A stretch of 64,000 bases of DNA from Octopus sinensis. Its lineage: Eukaryota. The position numbers and the translations under genes are program-made. The notes beneath the pieces were generated by a model, which was not told where the DNA came from, made no database searches, and saw only the letters and a program-made list of their open reading frames with translations. Positions 60,301 to 64,000 of the stretch are shown piece by piece (within the stretch, counting starts at the first letter, position 1; each line of letters opens with the position of its first letter). The stretch lies in assembly GCF_006345805.1 (NCBI RefSeq), contig NW_021833286.1:14840-78839 (forward strand), read 5' to 3'.

Positions 60301-60860
60301 TTTTTATATGGTTGGGGGAGGTTGTGTCCTGTTAGGAGGGGGTTTGGAGAGTATGTGTATTTGAGGTGCGGTTTGGAATGGTGTTTATGGGGTACAGTGG
60401 AAGTCTGTGTTGTGGGTACTTTTATGAATGGGTTTTTGGATTTATGGTTTAATATGAATTGTGTTTCATAGTTGAGGAAGAAATCTTTGTTGTTTTCCCA
60501 GCGTTTAAGGAGGTTCGTTCTTCCTTTTCACATTCATCTTTCCATAGTTTAATAACAAGTTCGAGGGCTGTTCGTTGGTGTGTGAGGTTAGTTCTAGAAG
60601 TATCTCATCGTCTATTTTTGTGTATTTTTGTTCGTGGTTTTGTGCTCTGAGTTTTAGAAGTTCTACTTCGGTTTTCATTATTTCCAATGTTAGTTTTTCT
60701 CTTAGGGAGCGTTGTTTTTCAGTTTCGTCTGGGATGTGTTTGATTTGGATTTTCGGGGTAGTATGATAGGGAGGAGTTTACCATTTGTCGTAAATTTCAG
60801 CTTTGTTTTGGTTTTTGAGCATGTTCCAGAAGAGAAGTTTTCTGTTGTGTAGTTTCTTAG

Positions 60861-61297
60861 TCAAAAGAGTTGTCTCCCCTTACTCACAACACAGGAACTG
60901 AAGAACCACAATTACTACTACTTCCTGTCCTGCCAACATCCTGAATTAAACCAAACAACACATGCTCTTAATCCCTTTGGATCCTAATACCTCAAGGTAA
61001 TTTTTTCGTGAACAATCATTAAACTCAAGATACAAGAACTCACAATGTATCGGAGTACTTATTTTTTAATTTTTGTACGTTTTTATCATTATTCTTTTGC
61101 AAAAAACAATGCAATTTTCTTTTTTTCCCCTTTCTAATTTTTAAAAAACTTTTTAAACATAAATATTCTTGACAAGTCATACAATGACGAAAACCGTTTG
61201 AATAAATATATATTATATATTTTATCAATTTCTCATTTTATTAAAATTTTCTTTCATTTGAGCATTCTGCATTAAAAAAAAAATTTTCCTTACTTAT
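60861..61297 (+). repeat. Inverted 5' pseudo-LTR arm, with a hammerhead-like motif at 61164-61204
   Basis: Reverse complement of 56389-56828. Confidence 0.95.
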
Positions 61298-61369
61298 CAT
61301 TTCTCCACGTGCGGTCAACACAAACCCACCATTTATTGATCTATATATAATATATATATATAATATATA

Positions 61370-61413
<44 letters not shown>

Positions 61414-61428
61414 ATATATATATATAAT

Positions 61429-61497
<69 letters not shown>

Positions 61498-61500
<3 letters not shown>

Positions 61501-61830
61501 GGCGCACGGCTCAGTGGTTAGAGCGTCGAGCTTACGATCGTGAGGTTGTGAGCTCGAATCCCGGACCGGGCTGCGTGGTTGTTCTTGAGCAAGGCACTTT
61601 ATTTCACGTTGCTCCAGTCACTCTCAGCTGTAGAAATGAGTTGCGACGTCACAGGTGCCAAGCTGTATCGACCTTTGTCTTTCCCTTGGATAACCACTGG
61701 TGGCGTGGAGATGGGAGGCTGGTATGCATGGGCGACTGCTGGTCTTCCATAAACAACCTTGCCCGGACTTGGTCTAGAAGGGTAACTTTCTAGGTGCATC
61801 CCATGTCATTCATGACCGAAGGGGGTCTTT
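61498..61830 (+). mobile_element. tRNA-derived SINE (B-related core, different tail)
   Basis: ggctcagtggttagagc A box, gagctcgaatccc B box and cttgagcaaggcactttatttcacgttg core. Confidence 0.85.
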
Positions 61831-61838
61831 ATATATAT

Positions 61839-61881
<43 letters not shown>

Positions 61882-62546
61882 GTGTGTGTGTGTGTGTATA
61901 GATAGAATAGATAAGAAAAAGAGAGAGAGAGAGAGAGAGAGACATATACATATGCATAAATATGCGTGTGTGCGTGTGTGTGAGTCTGAGTCTCCATCTG
62001 TTTCTCTGTTTCTAATATGTTACAAGTGTTACTCAAACAATTTTGAAAGAATTCGATGCTGCCTGCAGCGTCATTTCTACCTTGGCTTCTTCATATCAGA
62101 AGGACACCACAATTGTTCACCATCCCCCATCTGAGAACCAATATCTATCGGTCAATCAATCATAACACACACGCACACATACACGCATATGTATGCATAT
62201 ATATATGTGTGTGTCTGTGTGCGCGCGTGTGTATACATATATATACATAAGGATATGCGCATATAACTATTTTTGGAGTGATTAAAATCGAACCGGGTGA
62301 AGCTGTAAATAAAAGGACATAAATATTGGAGGTAAAAATGTCTTTGGACAGAATAAAACCCGAAGTATGTACATGAAATTTGAACCCACATCTGTAACCG
62401 TGACAGACGTTCTACAGTTCGAACAAATAAATACCTCGATTTTTTCTATCTGCTTTAGAAGTTTTGTTCTCATCTGCGCGAGAATTCTATTTTGTTTACA
62501 TCACAAGAATATTCTTCAAATGTTCAAATATTCTTCATACAGTGTT

Positions 62547-62590
<44 letters not shown>

Positions 62591-62769
62591 ATATACAGGG
62601 TGAGGAAGCAAAATTTACAATGAACGTTAATTGCTTTTTCTCAGGAGGCACTAAGTCAATTGTTTTGAAACCTAGCATATACTGATGTCATACTCATACC
62701 TAACACTGTTATCCTTACCTTTTCAGAAACTTTTGCCCATATGAGTAATCAGGAAAGCAAACGTCAAAG

Positions 62770-62811
<42 letters not shown>

Positions 62812-63710
62812 AATAATATATATATTACAGTTATGTTGGCACATATGATACAGGAAAGTACAGCATTGAGGACAAAACATTTGTGGAGTAAATGATGGGC
62901 TAATTCGACCAAGCAACATGTCATGCGTCCGTTTGGAGGATTCCAGGAACTAACTTGTCAATAAAAATTGGGGGTAAAGGATATGTGATTTTTGAACGCT
63001 CTGAAAAGCTGTCAGTGGATGAACCCGTGGTATGGTTGACAGTTGAATGGATGTAGATGTAATGGAGATACTGTGCGTAAATGAGTACATTTAGGAAAGG
63101 AGCTGCAATGGGATACAGCAACGGGAAAGGGAACTTTTGCAATGTTGCAGAAGACGAAGGGTTGACATTGGATTGCTGGTGTGGCTGCAGAATAAGGAAA
63201 ATAAACTGAGCCTCTGCAGTCACGTGAGAATATGGAGTAATGAGTTACTTGAACAAAGACGTCATGGCTTACCGCGTGGTCGGTGGGAGTAATCGGAGAA
63301 TAAGCTTTGATATTGAAGTCCATTCAAGAAACTGCTTTGTTGGTCGAGCCTTAGGGTTATGCCGGAATGGTATCCATCTTCACCATTCACAAAGAGCAAT
63401 GGAGACTGGAGGAGCGCATCGTAGGATGTCGTAATTCAAACAAAACCTCTTGGTAAATAATATTCTTTGTTTTCCCTTGTGGAAAAAATGCAAATAGATT
63501 TTATTTGCTTCCCACTCTTGAGCAGCCAACATAGAATTGCCCGTGAGAGAAGCACGACTCTTCCAAGAGAAGTCTTACCAGAAACAGTGACTGACCCTGG
63601 GATTTATTGATAGACATTGCAAAGCTGATACGAATAGGAAATTGCACTCTTCTAAATGAAATTTCTGCACCCGATGGAACGAGAGGAATCCTGGGTATAG
63701 AAACATCCCC

Positions 63711-64000
63711 TTATGCGCCCTTTTCAAGCCTAGCCAGGCTCATGGGCCTGGTTTCTGTGGCGTATATCTTCCCTCCAGCGGGAAAGGACGCCACTCCATC
63801 GCAGTGTTGCTCAAGAAACAGGAAGAGAGAGTGAGAGAAAGTTGGGGTGAAAGAGAACAACAGGGGTCGCCACCATCCCCTGCCGGAGCCTCGTGGAGCT
63901 TTAAGAGTTTTCGCTCAATAAACACACACAACGACCGGTCTGAGATTCGAAACCGTGATCCTCCGACTGCGAGTCCGCTGCGCTAACCACTGGGCCATTG
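63711..64000 (-). mobile_element. tRNA-derived SINE, family A head with an alternative tail (runs off the window)
   Basis: Reverse complement caatggcccagtggttagcgcagcggactcgcagtcgg matches the family-A head. Confidence 0.88.

Larger units (their letters stand above)
56389..61297 (-). mobile_element. Penelope-like retroelement (Neptune-type), disrupted, with inverted terminal pseudo-LTRs
   Basis: Minus-strand RT motifs (FYGLPKIHK; MGTKAAPVLANLIMGYFE; WKRYLDDCFIIW; LPFLDL), then a Cys-rich linker CARSNCGTC and GIY-YIG domain LIYVLTCAGCQHNYVGQT ending at the stop at 57491; ~440-bp inverted termini. Confidence 0.9.

Noticed and set aside
62280-63640. Possible minus-strand intron (about 62304-62435), a tacagggtg TIR-like start at 62593 and LINE-like remnants
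   Set aside because: No partner TIR, catalytic motif or coherent exon frame was found.

Overview
Eukaryotic, AT-rich window packed with microsatellites and transposons, with no confidently recognisable host protein-coding gene. The SINE families and the abundant (TA)n/(CA)n/(TATC)n tracts resemble octopus/cephalopod DNA (inference). Main elements: the 3' end of an RTE LINE with three C2H2-like fingers; a near-full-length but disrupted Tx1/L1-clade LINE plus a second truncated copy, both embedded in (TATC)n; a Dong/R4-type 3' end in (TAA)n; several decayed Tc1/mariner elements; a non-autonomous Helitron; many tRNA-derived SINEs; RTE fragments; and a Neptune-like Penelope element (RT + GIY-YIG) with ~440-bp inverted termini. 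The most striking signal is a set of hammerhead ribozyme motifs. Two tandem minimal type I hammerheads lie 362 nt apart in a non-coding retrozyme-like unit (51461-52067), one near-canonical hammerhead sits in a fold-back insert (18123-18175), and one variant hammerhead lies in each Penelope terminus. A perfect RFX X-box followed by a candidate first coding exon near 29.5 kb is the best hint of a host gene. Most ORFs in the supplied track are microsatellite artefacts. All structures were read by eye and none were computed.
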